The position numbers and the translations under genes are program-made. Of a stretch of DNA of 64,000 nt, positions 8,530-17,255 are shown piece by piece (the stretch's first letter is position 1; every line of letters begins with the position of its first letter). The notes below the pieces were generated by a model. The model saw only the letters and a program-made list of their open reading frames with translations, was not told the origin of the DNA and ran no database searches. Source of the stretch: Dehalococcoidia bacterium (GTDB lineage: Bacteria > Chloroflexota > Dehalococcoidia > SZUA-161 > SpSt-899); assembly GCA_041300025.1 (NCBI GenBank), contig JBGLNL010000001.1, positions 427,888 to 491,887 of the forward strand, read 5' to 3'.

Positions 8530-9639
8530 ATGGATTTGTTTGTTGACCTGATCCGCGGCGGGCTGGCTGAATTTCTGGATTACATGCTGGCCCACTTCAT
8601 CACCTGTCTGGTCCCTGCATTTTTTATCGCCGGGGCCATCAGTATCTTCGTATCCCAGGGATCAATTCTCCGATATTTCGGGCCTAAAGCCAACCCGATT
8701 CTGGCATACGGTATCGGTTCTGTATCCGGTGCTGTTCTGAGTGTGTGTTCGTGTACTGTGCTCCCACTGTTTGCTGGTATTTACCGCATTGGTGCGGGGT
8801 TGGGACCGGCGATAGCGTTCTTATATTCCGGCCCTGCTATCAATGTTCTGGCCATTGTCTGGACAGCGCGCATATTGGGATCTGAACTCGGAACCGGACG
8901 TGCTATTGGAGCGATTATCTTCGCCCTGGTCATCGGATACCTGATGGCCCGGATATTCCGCAGTCACAATTTGCAGCAATCACAGGACGCCTTCGATTCG
9001 CTGGATACCGATTCATGGCTCACCGGCAAACAGACGATTATCTTCATCGCCTCCCAGGTCGGTTTTCTCGTCTCACTGGCCTGGGGATTCAAAGTCCGGC
9101 CCGAAAAAGACTACGAGACGTGGAAGCTCATCACTAATATCGGTATCGAGATGAACTGGGTGGCCATCGGCTTCACCGTTTTCTTTGCGCTGGCACTGGC
9201 TGAGGTTCTGCGGCGATGGTTCAACCGGGAAATGATCGACCAGTGGATGCAATCAACATGGGCCTTCACCAAAATGATCGCTCCGTGGCTACTCGGCGGC
9301 ATCGTCGCCGCCGGGATGATCGGTGTTATTCTTCCTGAAGACTGGGTGGAACGACTTGTCGGCGGGAACAGCTTCCCGGCTAATCTGATAGCATCGGTGG
9401 TGGGAGCGCTTTTATATTTTGCCACGCTGACCGAGGTGCCAATTCTCAGGACTTTTCTCGATGCCGGTATGGGCAGCGGGCCAGCGCTGGCGCTGCTGCT
9501 GGCCGGCCCGGCGCTCAGTCTGCCAAGCATGCTGGTGCTGCGAAATATTATAGGATGGAGAAAGACGATGACTTACGTAGGGCTGGTGGTCGTCATGGCG
9601 ACGGTCAGCGGGATTTTGTTTGGGCTGGTAGTCAAATAA
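8530..9639 (+). CDS. ArsP-like permease (PF03773-type predicted permease)
   Basis: Polytopic, 369 aa. SVCSCTVLPLF Cys motif characteristic of this permease family. Sits next to arsR and the Trx-like gene. Confidence 0.7.
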   Translation: MDLFVDLIRGGLAEFLDYMLAHFITCLVPAFFIAGAISIFVSQGSILRYFGPKANPILAYGIGSVSGAVLSVCSCTVLPLFAGIYRIGAGLGPAIAFLYSGPAINVLAIVWTARILGSELGTGRAIGAIIFALVIGYLMARIFRSHNLQQSQDAFDSLDTDSWLTGKQTIIFIASQVGFLVSLAWGFKVRPEKDYETWKLITNIGIEMNWVAIGFTVFFALALAEVLRRWFNREMIDQWMQSTWAFTKMIAPWLLGGIVAAGMIGVILPEDWVERLVGGNSFPANLIASVVGALLYFATLTEVPILRTFLDAGMGSGPALALLLAGPALSLPSMLVLRNIIGWRKTMTYVGLVVVMATVSGILFGLVVK

Positions 9640-9655
9640 CAACAAGGAGGTTACG

Positions 9656-9904
9656 ATGAATATCAAGGTATTAGGACCGGGATGTGCTAAATGCGTGCAA
9701 CTGGAAAAACTTGTAGACGAAGTGGTAAGGGAGATGGGAATCACCGACCCAGTAAAAAAGATATCCGATATGAAAGAAATCATGAAATATCCCATCCTGA
9801 TGACGCCGGGGCTGGTAATTAACGAGGAACTGGTCGTATCAGGCAAAGTACCGAACAAGGCCGAGATCACGCGTTATATCACCAACGCACTGGCCAAAGA
9901 ATAG
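9656..9904 (+). CDS. thioredoxin-fold redox-active disulfide protein (Thioredoxin_3 type)
   Basis: MNIKVLGPGCAKC... with CxxC at the N-terminus. 82 aa. Commonly partners this permease family. Confidence 0.8.
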   Translation: MNIKVLGPGCAKCVQLEKLVDEVVREMGITDPVKKISDMKEIMKYPILMTPGLVINEELVVSGKVPNKAEITRYITNALAKE

Positions 9905-9923
9905 ATGCTTGAAGGAGGGCAAA

Positions 9924-10025
9924 GATGACATCGGAACTCACGTGCGAATGCAGAGCGGAAGAGATCATCCTTCTTCTACCCTGTGCCGGGGGATCGAACT
10001 GCGGGCAAATCGCCAACAAAGGGTA
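9924..10025 (+). pseudogene. DGC-domain zinc-binding protein, 33-codon 5' remnant
   Basis: MTSELTCECRAEEIILLLPCAGGSNCGQIANKG* matches the N-terminal CxGxSNxGQxAN signature. A stop follows and arsC begins 15 nt later. Confidence 0.55.
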
Positions 10026-10039
10026 AAACGGAGAAAAGC

Positions 10040-10420
10040 ATGAAAAAGGTCCTGTTCGTTTGCGTGCACAACTCCGGCCGCAGCCAGATGGCTGAGGCGT
10101 TCTTTAATGAGCTTGCCAAAGGGAAAATCATGGCGTTCTCTGCCGGAACCGCACCTGCTCCGGCAGTTGACCCGACGGTGGTCGAAGTGATGAAGGAGGC
10201 AGGGATTGACTTGAGCAGGAACGTTCCGAAAGCTTTGACACCGGATATGCTGGATGGGGCCGTTCGGGTGATCACGATGGGATGTGGGGTGGAGGGGATT
10301 TGCCCGGCTACCTTCACCGAAACGGAAGACTGGGACCTTGAAGATCCCAAGGGGCAGTCCATTGAAAAGGTAAGGAAAATCCGGGATAAGATCAAAGCGC
10401 GAGTTGAGACAATATCATGA
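10040..10420 (+). CDS. arsC: arsenate reductase / LMW protein-tyrosine-phosphatase family
   Basis: MKKVLFVCVHNSGRSQMAE, a CX5R(S) P-loop. The ATG at 10040 has GGAG 8 nt upstream. The ORF-track start at 9983 is an unsupported extension. Confidence 0.8.
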   Translation: MKKVLFVCVHNSGRSQMAEAFFNELAKGKIMAFSAGTAPAPAVDPTVVEVMKEAGIDLSRNVPKALTPDMLDGAVRVITMGCGVEGICPATFTETEDWDLEDPKGQSIEKVRKIRDKIKARVETIS

Positions 10421-10437
10421 ACATAAAAGGAGGCAGA

Positions 10438-10941
10438 ATGGCCAAGAACCTGAGCATCATCCTGTTATTGCTTGTTGTATTGATGGGGAGTCTCGGCGCC
10501 TGTTCGGGTGGGGAAGGACCTGAGGAGACCTCTTATACAGCAACGAAGACGAACTCCGACTTATCCCCTTCCCTGCCTCCATTAACAACTAGTCCAAGCC
10601 CTTCAAAAACTCCGGTGGACCTGGCTTCGATCTCGCTGGTTGATAGCCTGGCCAATGGCAAGCCGACGCTGGCCGAGTTCGGGCGGGGAACTTGTGTCCC
10701 CTGCAAGAAGATGAAGCCCATACTGGAAGAACTGGCGGCGGAATATGATGGCCAGATCAGCGTGGTCATCGTTGAAGTACAGAATCACAATGATCTCACC
10801 CGAAAGTATAGCATCCAGCTCATTCCCACCCAGATATTCTTTAACAGTGCCGGCGAGGAGATGGAACGTCACGTAGGCTTATATCAAAAAGACGATATCG
10901 TGCCTGAATTCTATAAACTGGGGATGTTGAAAAATGGATGA
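10438..10941 (+). CDS. thioredoxin-like lipoprotein (TlpA/ResA-like thiol:disulfide oxidoreductase)
   Basis: Signal peptide with lipobox LGAC, a Ser/Pro-rich linker, and GTCVPCKKM (CxxC). RBS aaaggaggcagaATG. Confidence 0.8.
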   Translation: MAKNLSIILLLLVVLMGSLGACSGGEGPEETSYTATKTNSDLSPSLPPLTTSPSPSKTPVDLASISLVDSLANGKPTLAEFGRGTCVPCKKMKPILEELAAEYDGQISVVIVEVQNHNDLTRKYSIQLIPTQIFFNSAGEEMERHVGLYQKDDIVPEFYKLGMLKNG

Positions 10942-11623
10942 TCTCATCCAGACTTTAGCCGATGTGGTCGATAAGGACCCGTGGCTGGCGCTTCCCGCCG
11001 CTTTTCTGGCGGGGATCATTTCCAGCGCCAGCCCCTGCGTACTGGCCATGATCCCGCTGATCATCGGATTCGTGGGCGGTTATGCCGGAGGATCTCAGCG
11101 CAAGGCCATCCAGTACTCGCTCGCCTTCATGGTTGGACTGACTATCACTTTCACCATTCTCGGAGTCGTTGCAGGTGCGCTGGGAAGGCTCTTCGGGGAT
11201 ATCGGCGATTTCTGGAGATGGGTGGTGCCTGTCGTCGCCATCGTGCTCGGAATCTGGCTTTTCGGGATCTTCAAATGGGAGGTGGGATTATCTGAGAAGT
11301 ACCTTCCCAAGAGGCGGGCCCTGCTGGGCGCGTTTCTGATCGGGCTGGTATTTGGCGTTGTGTCTTCACCGTGTGCCACACCGGTGCTGGCTGTTATACT
11401 GACCGTGGGGGCAGTTCAGGATAACCTGGCCTGGAGCGGCCTGCTGCTCTTCTTCTATGCGCTCGGTCACTGGGTGCTGGTGCTGGGCGCCGGTATCTCG
11501 GTTGGCTTTGCGCAGCGGGTGGTCGAATCGAAAGGAATCGCCGGATTTTCCATGTGGGCCAAGCGGGCTGGCGGTTCAGTCCTGGTTGGCACGGGGATTT
11601 ACCTGCTGATCTATCCGGTTTGA
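10934..11623 (+). CDS. ccdA: cytochrome c biogenesis protein CcdA / DsbD-type transmembrane electron transporter
   Basis: SSASPCVLAMIPL and SSPCATPVL conserved Cys-containing helices. 229 aa. 8-nt overlap with the upstream Trx gene. Confidence 0.85.
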   Translation: MDDLIQTLADVVDKDPWLALPAAFLAGIISSASPCVLAMIPLIIGFVGGYAGGSQRKAIQYSLAFMVGLTITFTILGVVAGALGRLFGDIGDFWRWVVPVVAIVLGIWLFGIFKWEVGLSEKYLPKRRALLGAFLIGLVFGVVSSPCATPVLAVILTVGAVQDNLAWSGLLLFFYALGHWVLVLGAGISVGFAQRVVESKGIAGFSMWAKRAGGSVLVGTGIYLLIYPV

Positions 11624-11676
11624 GCTCGAGCGCATAGGCATAGATATCTCACGAACAGGAAAAGGAGGAATCGAAA

Positions 11677-12267
11677 ATGAATACCAGACCGCCAGAATGG
11701 GCCTTTGAGTTCCACGGACATCGCTGCCCCTTCATGCCATTGGGTTACCGCATGGGGAAACTGGCAATGGAGGAACTGGGAGTGGGGCATGAAAAGGACC
11801 ACGGATTCTTTGTCATTCCGGAGCTAGGGGTCGGTCATCCACAGACATGCATGATGGATGGCATCCAGGCAGCTACGGGGGCCACCTACGGTAAATCGTT
11901 GATGGAGAAGACTTTTTGGGGCAAGCTGGCAGCAGTCTTCTATCATCCTGAAAAAGGGGCTGTTCGGTTTTCCCTGAAGGCCGACTTTATAGACGAGCTC
12001 GGCAAACAGGAGTTCTTCGCTTATCGGAAGCGAGGTGTGGAACCTTCCGGAATTCCCGTTGATGTGACCGACAAGGCAATAGAATGGACAGACGAGCAGC
12101 CGGATGAAAACGTCTTCAAAATTGAAAGACTTCCCGCTTACCAGTTCGAGCGGGTCAAGGGATCATTCAACAAGGCCAAATGCGTCAAGTGCGGTGAGTA
12201 TGTGTTCGAGCGCTATGTCCGAATGGTAAATGGCGAGCCTCATTGCATACCCTGCTCAGGCTACTAG
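11677..12267 (+). CDS. FmdE-family protein with a C-terminal zinc ribbon
   Basis: FHGHRCPFMPLGYRMG motif. C-terminal CVKCGE...CIPC. Confidence 0.8.
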   Translation: MNTRPPEWAFEFHGHRCPFMPLGYRMGKLAMEELGVGHEKDHGFFVIPELGVGHPQTCMMDGIQAATGATYGKSLMEKTFWGKLAAVFYHPEKGAVRFSLKADFIDELGKQEFFAYRKRGVEPSGIPVDVTDKAIEWTDEQPDENVFKIERLPAYQFERVKGSFNKAKCVKCGEYVFERYVRMVNGEPHCIPCSGY

Positions 12268-12328
12268 CGCTTGAATCATAGATGCTGACATAGCAGCACA
12301 CTTTCACTACTTGCAGAGGCAATAAGAA

Positions 12329-12690
12329 ATGTCGATAGCAGAACTTATAATCGCCTGTGTGCTGGCCGGAGGGCTGGCCATACCCTTCTCTATGGTGGGT
12401 CAGGGGGGAGGTTCCACCTACGTGCCGATCCTGCTGGCGGTGGGCATGGGAATGCACGAGGCATCCACCACCAGCCTGTTCATGATCATGCTGGCCAGCA
12501 TCTCAGCCACGCTTGTGTTCGGACGCAGCAAGACGGTCGATTGGAAACTGCTTGGGGCAATAGCGCTTCCGTCGCTGGCATCATCCTTCGCCGGGGGGTT
12601 CGTGGCCCAGTGGGTGAGCGTATCGGCTCTCCAGATCACCTTTGCCGTGGTTCTGATAATCGCCGCCGTGTTCATGTTGCGGCCAGTGAC
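12329..12690 (+). pseudogene. TauE/SafE-family anion exporter, 5' half only
   Basis: GQGGGSTYVPILL and four hydrophobic helices, then truncated at about codon 120. The family is normally about 250 aa. The rest of the ORF is antisense of rtcB. Confidence 0.6.
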
Positions 12691-12695
12691 GAGCG

Positions 12696-13485
12696 AGTTG
12701 ATCGCTTTCCCCATTGTTTTGAGATAATCGTCGCAAACCTGATGGCCGAATCCCCGGGAGCCGGTGTGAATCAATATGAGCACCTGTCCTTTTGCTTCGA
12801 CCCCGAATGCATTTGCTGTTACGGAATCGTAAATCTCATCGACTACCTGAATCTCCAGAAAGTGGTTCCCGGAACCGAGAGTTCCCAGTTGAGGTGTGCC
12901 GCGCTTTTTGGCCTTTTCACTCACCTGTTCGGGGTCGGCTCCCGCAAGACATCCTCCGTTCTCCGTTAGTTCAAGGTCTTCTTTCTCCCCGTATCCTTCC
13001 TCAATTGCCCATCTGGCGCCTTTTATCAGCACCCTGTCAATCTGATTGCCTTTAAGCCGTATGCGCCCTTCAGAGCCTAATCCGGAGGGAATGCTGGTAA
13101 AAAGGCGAGCAACTAGCTGTTCGATTCGGGGTTTGACGTCTGTTTCTGTGAGGTTTGTCCGCAACAGGCGCACGCCGCAGTTGATATCGAACCCCACCCC
13201 TCCGGGGGAGATCACGCCGTCGCTGACTCTGGTGGCGGCCACTCCGCCGATGGGGAAACCGTAACCCCAGTGAATATCGGGCATGGCCAGGGATTTCCCC
13301 ACGATACCCGGCAGAAAGGCTACGTTGGCTACCTGCTCCGGTGCCTGCTCATCGCCGATCTGTTCAAGCATCCGTTCGCTGGTATAAATCCTTCCCGGAA
13401 CCCGCATGCCGGGTTTGTAGTCGGGGGCCAGTTCCCAGCGGTAATCATCAATTTTCTTGAGTGAATTTCTCCAGTCAGAAGCCAT
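12696..13485 (-). pseudogene. rtcB: RNA ligase RtcB, 5' fragment of about 262 codons (C-terminal catalytic half missing)
   Basis: GFDINCGVRLL, GSGNHFLE and HTGSRGFGHQVCDDYLKTM are present. Homology ends near GKAI and the remaining ORF is antisense of the TauE fragment. Confidence 0.85.
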
Positions 13486-13500
13486 TGAAAAAACTCTCCT

Positions 13501-13917
13501 TCAGATATCGAGGATTATCCGGGCGCTGAAACCTTCCTTTTCCGGGTTTAGTTTGATCTGGTGATAGGTAGCGGCTTTCACCTGTGTTTTAATCTCATGG
13601 CGGGCCAGATCGATTTTTTCGCCGGAAACTGTGGCGGTCAGGCTGTTTGGGGTCAGTCTGGTGATTTCAAACTGGCTGAAGATAAGGTTCTCGGCGTCGA
13701 ACAGGTATAGCAATTCGTTAAGCCATGCGATCAGCAAATCCGCATAGTCATCGGCATCGAGGGCAATTTCCCGCTGATACGAGGGGATAACCTTTTCGGG
13801 ATCGGTGATCAGGCTGACCATGCCGGCGGCAGCGTTGATGAAGACTTCTTTTCTGGTGGAGCCGTAAGCGACCAGTCCCACATCGGCAGTATGATCTATG
13901 AATTCAAATCCCGGCAT
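13501..13917 (-). CDS. archease (RtcB activator)
   Basis: MPGFEFIDHTADVGL... 138 aa. Immediately upstream of rtcB on the same strand. Confidence 0.9.
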   Translation of the reverse strand: MPGFEFIDHTADVGLVAYGSTRKEVFINAAAGMVSLITDPEKVIPSYQREIALDADDYADLLIAWLNELLYLFDAENLIFSQFEITRLTPNSLTATVSGEKIDLARHEIKTQVKAATYHQIKLNPEKEGFSARIILDI

Positions 13918-13977
13918 GGGAGGTATTATATCAGATTCATTGGGAAATGAAAGGGATTCGTGGTATTATGGGAAACT

Positions 13978-14454
13978 ATGAGGCCGGGCTTTATTGCTGA
14001 TGTCAATGTTGGCAGGCTGGCCAGAAGGCTCAGGATGCTGGGTTATAATACGTTATTCAACAATTGGGCTGATGATAATGAGCTTATTAGAAATGCGCTT
14101 CGCGAGGGCCGTATTCTGCTGACCCGTGATACCGGCATAATGGCGAGGCGAGTGGTTACCACCGGAAAGGTAAAGGCTCTTTTGGTTGAGTCGGATGACG
14201 TTACGGAACAGCTTTGGCAGGTGGTGAGAGCGCTGAATCTGGAACCGGAATCCGAGCCATTTTCAATTTGTATTGAATGCAATGTGCCGCTGATACAGAG
14301 GGGAAAGGAGGAAGTGCGTGGTCTGGTACCTCCCCACGTTTTCAGAAATCACGAGCAGTTCGTGCAATGTCCCGAGTGCAGACGCGTTTTCTGGAGAGGT
14401 ACACACTGGGAGAAGATGATGGCGGAAATTGAGAATCTGAGAAATAAGGTTTAG
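13978..14454 (+). CDS. Mut7-C (DUF82) PIN-like RNase domain protein with a zinc ribbon
   Basis: FIADVNVGRLARRLRMLGYNT; C-terminal CIECN...CPECRRVFW. The start could also be the GTG at 13960. Confidence 0.75.
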   Translation: MRPGFIADVNVGRLARRLRMLGYNTLFNNWADDNELIRNALREGRILLTRDTGIMARRVVTTGKVKALLVESDDVTEQLWQVVRALNLEPESEPFSICIECNVPLIQRGKEEVRGLVPPHVFRNHEQFVQCPECRRVFWRGTHWEKMMAEIENLRNKV

Positions 14455-14557
14455 TGCATCGTGGTTAAGTGATTAAGACTTCGGTTTTTGGAGATGAAAT
14501 AAATAATTGAAGGTGAATTATGAAACCGGTTTGTGTTAGAATTTGGTGGATAAAGCT

Positions 14558-15388
14558 ATGAGAAAAGCTGGCATATTATTCAACGCAGGTATTCCCGCCG
14601 CTGAGGAATTCGCTCATACTCTGGAAACGATGTTGCAGGAACGGAAAGTTTCTGCTTGGATCTGTGCTGCTTCTGATAAAGAAACGGTGCAGGCGAAGCT
14701 CCATGGGACAGAGGCGGTAATCAGTCTGGGCGGAGACGGCACTATGTTTCGGGTGGCGCGTCTGGTTGCCCCTGAAGCGGTTCCCATTCTGGGGATAAAT
14801 CTGGGGAGTCTGGGTTTTACCACTGAACTCACCAGTGCCGAAGCGATTGAGAAGATTCCTGAACTTGTGGATCGAAAAGGCTGGATTGACGAACGTGCCA
14901 TGCTGGAGGTCGAGTTGCCTCTGCATGCGGATTTCCTGACAGTTCATGCCCTGAATGATGTGGTGGTGGGACGCGGGTCGGTGATTCGGGTGATTAAGGT
15001 CAGAGCTTCAGTCGATAAACAACCGATAACCATTTACAGAGCGGATGGGATAATCGTGGCAACAGCCACCGGGAGCACCGGCTATTCACTGGCGGCCGGG
15101 GGCCCGATCCTCTTCCCCAACTCAAAAGAATTCCTGCTAACTCCGATTTTGCCTCATTTGGGGCCATCGGCTGCGCTGGTGCTTTCTTCCGGTGCGGAAG
15201 TCGAACTGGAAGTCCAAACCGATCACGAGGCGCGGGTGAGTATCGACGGGCAGGTGGAATTCCCGTTGCGGAATGTGGATACCATCCAGATTCGAAGAAG
15301 TCCGTATATTACCCGCCTGTTGAGGATTCAACCGCAGCCTTTCTTCTATCAAACGCTGCTTGAGAAACTGGGCGGCAAGAGGAGATGA
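14558..15388 (+). CDS. nadK: NAD kinase
   Basis: GGDGTMF, NDVVV and TGSTGYSLAAGGPI motifs. Confidence 0.9.
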   Translation: MRKAGILFNAGIPAAEEFAHTLETMLQERKVSAWICAASDKETVQAKLHGTEAVISLGGDGTMFRVARLVAPEAVPILGINLGSLGFTTELTSAEAIEKIPELVDRKGWIDERAMLEVELPLHADFLTVHALNDVVVGRGSVIRVIKVRASVDKQPITIYRADGIIVATATGSTGYSLAAGGPILFPNSKEFLLTPILPHLGPSAALVLSSGAEVELEVQTDHEARVSIDGQVEFPLRNVDTIQIRRSPYITRLLRIQPQPFFYQTLLEKLGGKRR

Positions 15389-15424
15389 TACATTTTAAAG
15401 ACTGAAAAGGCAAAGATATCGGAT

Positions 15425-15871
15425 GTGCCCCAGATTCACAAGCTGGTCAATAGCTTTGGGTCGCGGGGGATTATGCTTCTGCGCCCCTTGAGCGAAATAT
15501 ATGAGAATTTGAGGGATTTCTTTGTGGTTCGAGAGGGTGATAAGGTAATTGGTTGCGGCGCGCTCCACATTTTGTGGGGTGATCTGATTGAAATCAAATC
15601 TGTGGCTGTGGCTGAAGATCACCAGAGAAAGGGTATTGGTACGCTGGTGGTGGATTCGTGCCTGAAGGAAGCGAAGAAAATTAATGTTCCGTTGGTATTT
15701 GTTCTGACCTATCAGACTGATTTCTTCGCCACGTTCGGCTTTGAGAAGATTGATAAGATGGATCTTCCCCGCAAGGTCTGGGGGGAGTGCCAGAGGTGTC
15801 CCAAATACCCGGATTGTGATGAAGTTGCCATGATTTTGAAGATGAAACCCAGGGCAAAGGCAAAGTGGTAA
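15425..15871 (+). CDS. GNAT-family N-acetyltransferase (amino-acid acetyltransferase-like)
   Basis: HQRKGIGTLVV acetyl-CoA loop. The listed start is GTG. The frame is open back to 15389 with no ATG, GTG or TTG, so the true start is uncertain. Confidence 0.75.
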   Translation: MPQIHKLVNSFGSRGIMLLRPLSEIYENLRDFFVVREGDKVIGCGALHILWGDLIEIKSVAVAEDHQRKGIGTLVVDSCLKEAKKINVPLVFVLTYQTDFFATFGFEKIDKMDLPRKVWGECQRCPKYPDCDEVAMILKMKPRAKAKW

Positions 15872-16401
15872 TGAAAATAGAAAAAGTCCTCGATGGTCAA
15901 ACCATCTATGAGGGACGGATTCTGGACCTGAATGTTGAGAATATCGAGCTTCCTTCCGGGAAGCGTACTATTCGGGAGATAGTGTATCATCGCGGCGCAG
16001 TTGTAATTGTGGCAGTGGATTCCGAGGGGAACACTTTTCTGGTACGTCAGTATCGCAGCGCTCTGAAAAAGCCGTTACTTGAGGTCCCTGCAGGCACGAT
16101 GGAGCCGGGCGAGTCACCTGATACCACCGCCCGCCGTGAGTTGATAGAGGAGATCGGTTATTCTGCCGGCAGGATGGAAGATTTAGGCGGATTTTATTCC
16201 AGCCCCGGATATTCTACTGAGTATCTCTACCTCTTTTATGCCACCGATTTAGAACCCACAGGCGTTGTCCCGGATGATGACGAGATTGCCGAGGTTTTGT
16301 GTGTGCCGCTGGCTGAAATACCGGGCATGATATCGAGCGGACAGATTTGCGATTCCAAAAGTGTAGCTGGATTGCTGAGGGTTATTCATAAGGTCTGGTA
16401 A
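15871..16401 (+). CDS. NUDIX hydrolase (ADP-ribose pyrophosphatase-like)
   Basis: Nudix box GTMEPGESPDTTARRELIEEIGY. The ATG overlaps the upstream stop (TAATG). Confidence 0.85.
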   Translation: MKIEKVLDGQTIYEGRILDLNVENIELPSGKRTIREIVYHRGAVVIVAVDSEGNTFLVRQYRSALKKPLLEVPAGTMEPGESPDTTARRELIEEIGYSAGRMEDLGGFYSSPGYSTEYLYLFYATDLEPTGVVPDDDEIAEVLCVPLAEIPGMISSGQICDSKSVAGLLRVIHKVW

Positions 16402-16429
16402 AGACGAGTTCTGCCAGTTTCTGCAAATT

Positions 16430-16518
16430 TCAGGGTGGGATTGGGGGTGTCCCCCAATACAAACCTCCCCCATGATTGGGGGATCGAGGGGGTTGAAAAA
16501 GCCTTTTCAGACAGCCTG
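16430..16518 (-). repeat. G5/C5-hairpin intergenic repeat, copy C (inverted orientation)
   Basis: The reverse complement reads caggctgtctgaaaa-ggctttttcaaccccctcgATCCCCCAATCATGGGGGAggtttgtatTGGGGGACACCCCCA. Confidence 0.85.
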
Positions 16519-16672
16519 GACACGAAAGGTAATTGTGTCCTCTTTTAATCTCTCCGGGTTGAATTGCCCGCCGCTTGCGGCGATAAATATAATAAGATTC
16601 CGAATTGATACCCCGCTGTTTGCGGCGGGGTAGGTCATTTTGCCGGTTTAATAAAACAGGTGGGTTTACACC

Positions 16673-17227
16673 TTAATCAACTTTAACCCGGTATTTGGCC
16701 TTGCCTTCCGCATAAAGATCACCGCCGTAGATATCGTTGATTACCGTGGCCGGAAAATCCTCAACCTCCAGCTTGCGGAGGGCTTCGGCGCCAAGGTCCT
16801 CATAGGCCACAATTTCGGAGCTCTTGATTCGTTTGGAAATAAGCGCACCGGCCCCCCCGATGGCAGCAAGGTAGACGGCCTTATATTTCTTCATGGCCTC
16901 TTTAACTTCCGGGAGGCGCAGGCCCTTGCCGATCATTCCCCGCAGACCCACTTCCATTAAGCGGGGTGCGTAGGCATCCATTCGCCCGCTGGTGGTTGGG
17001 CCGGCTGATCCGATGACCTCGCCGGGTTTGGCGGGTGATGGCCCCATGTAATAGATGGTCTGGCCTTTGATATCAAAAGGGAGTTTTTCACCCTTGTTGA
17101 GCGCTTCGAACATCCGTTTGTGTGCGGAATCACGACCCACGTAAATGACGCCGCTTATCAACACCTGATCTCCGGCTCTGAGGTTTTCAACTACTTCAAT
17201 ACTCATGGGCGAGGTTATTTTTTTCAT
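16673..17227 (-). CDS. class I (Fe-S) fumarate hydratase, beta subunit / C-terminal domain
   Basis: 184 aa, Fe-S hydro-lyase beta-type sequence (GPTTSGRMD, AIGGAGA). The alpha subunit lies at 21248. Confidence 0.85.
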   Translation of the reverse strand: MKKITSPMSIEVVENLRAGDQVLISGVIYVGRDSAHKRMFEALNKGEKLPFDIKGQTIYYMGPSPAKPGEVIGSAGPTTSGRMDAYAPRLMEVGLRGMIGKGLRLPEVKEAMKKYKAVYLAAIGGAGALISKRIKSSEIVAYEDLGAEALRKLEVEDFPATVINDIYGGDLYAEGKAKYRVKVD

Positions 17228-17255
17228 ATGTATCCTCCTGAAAGTATAATTGAGG

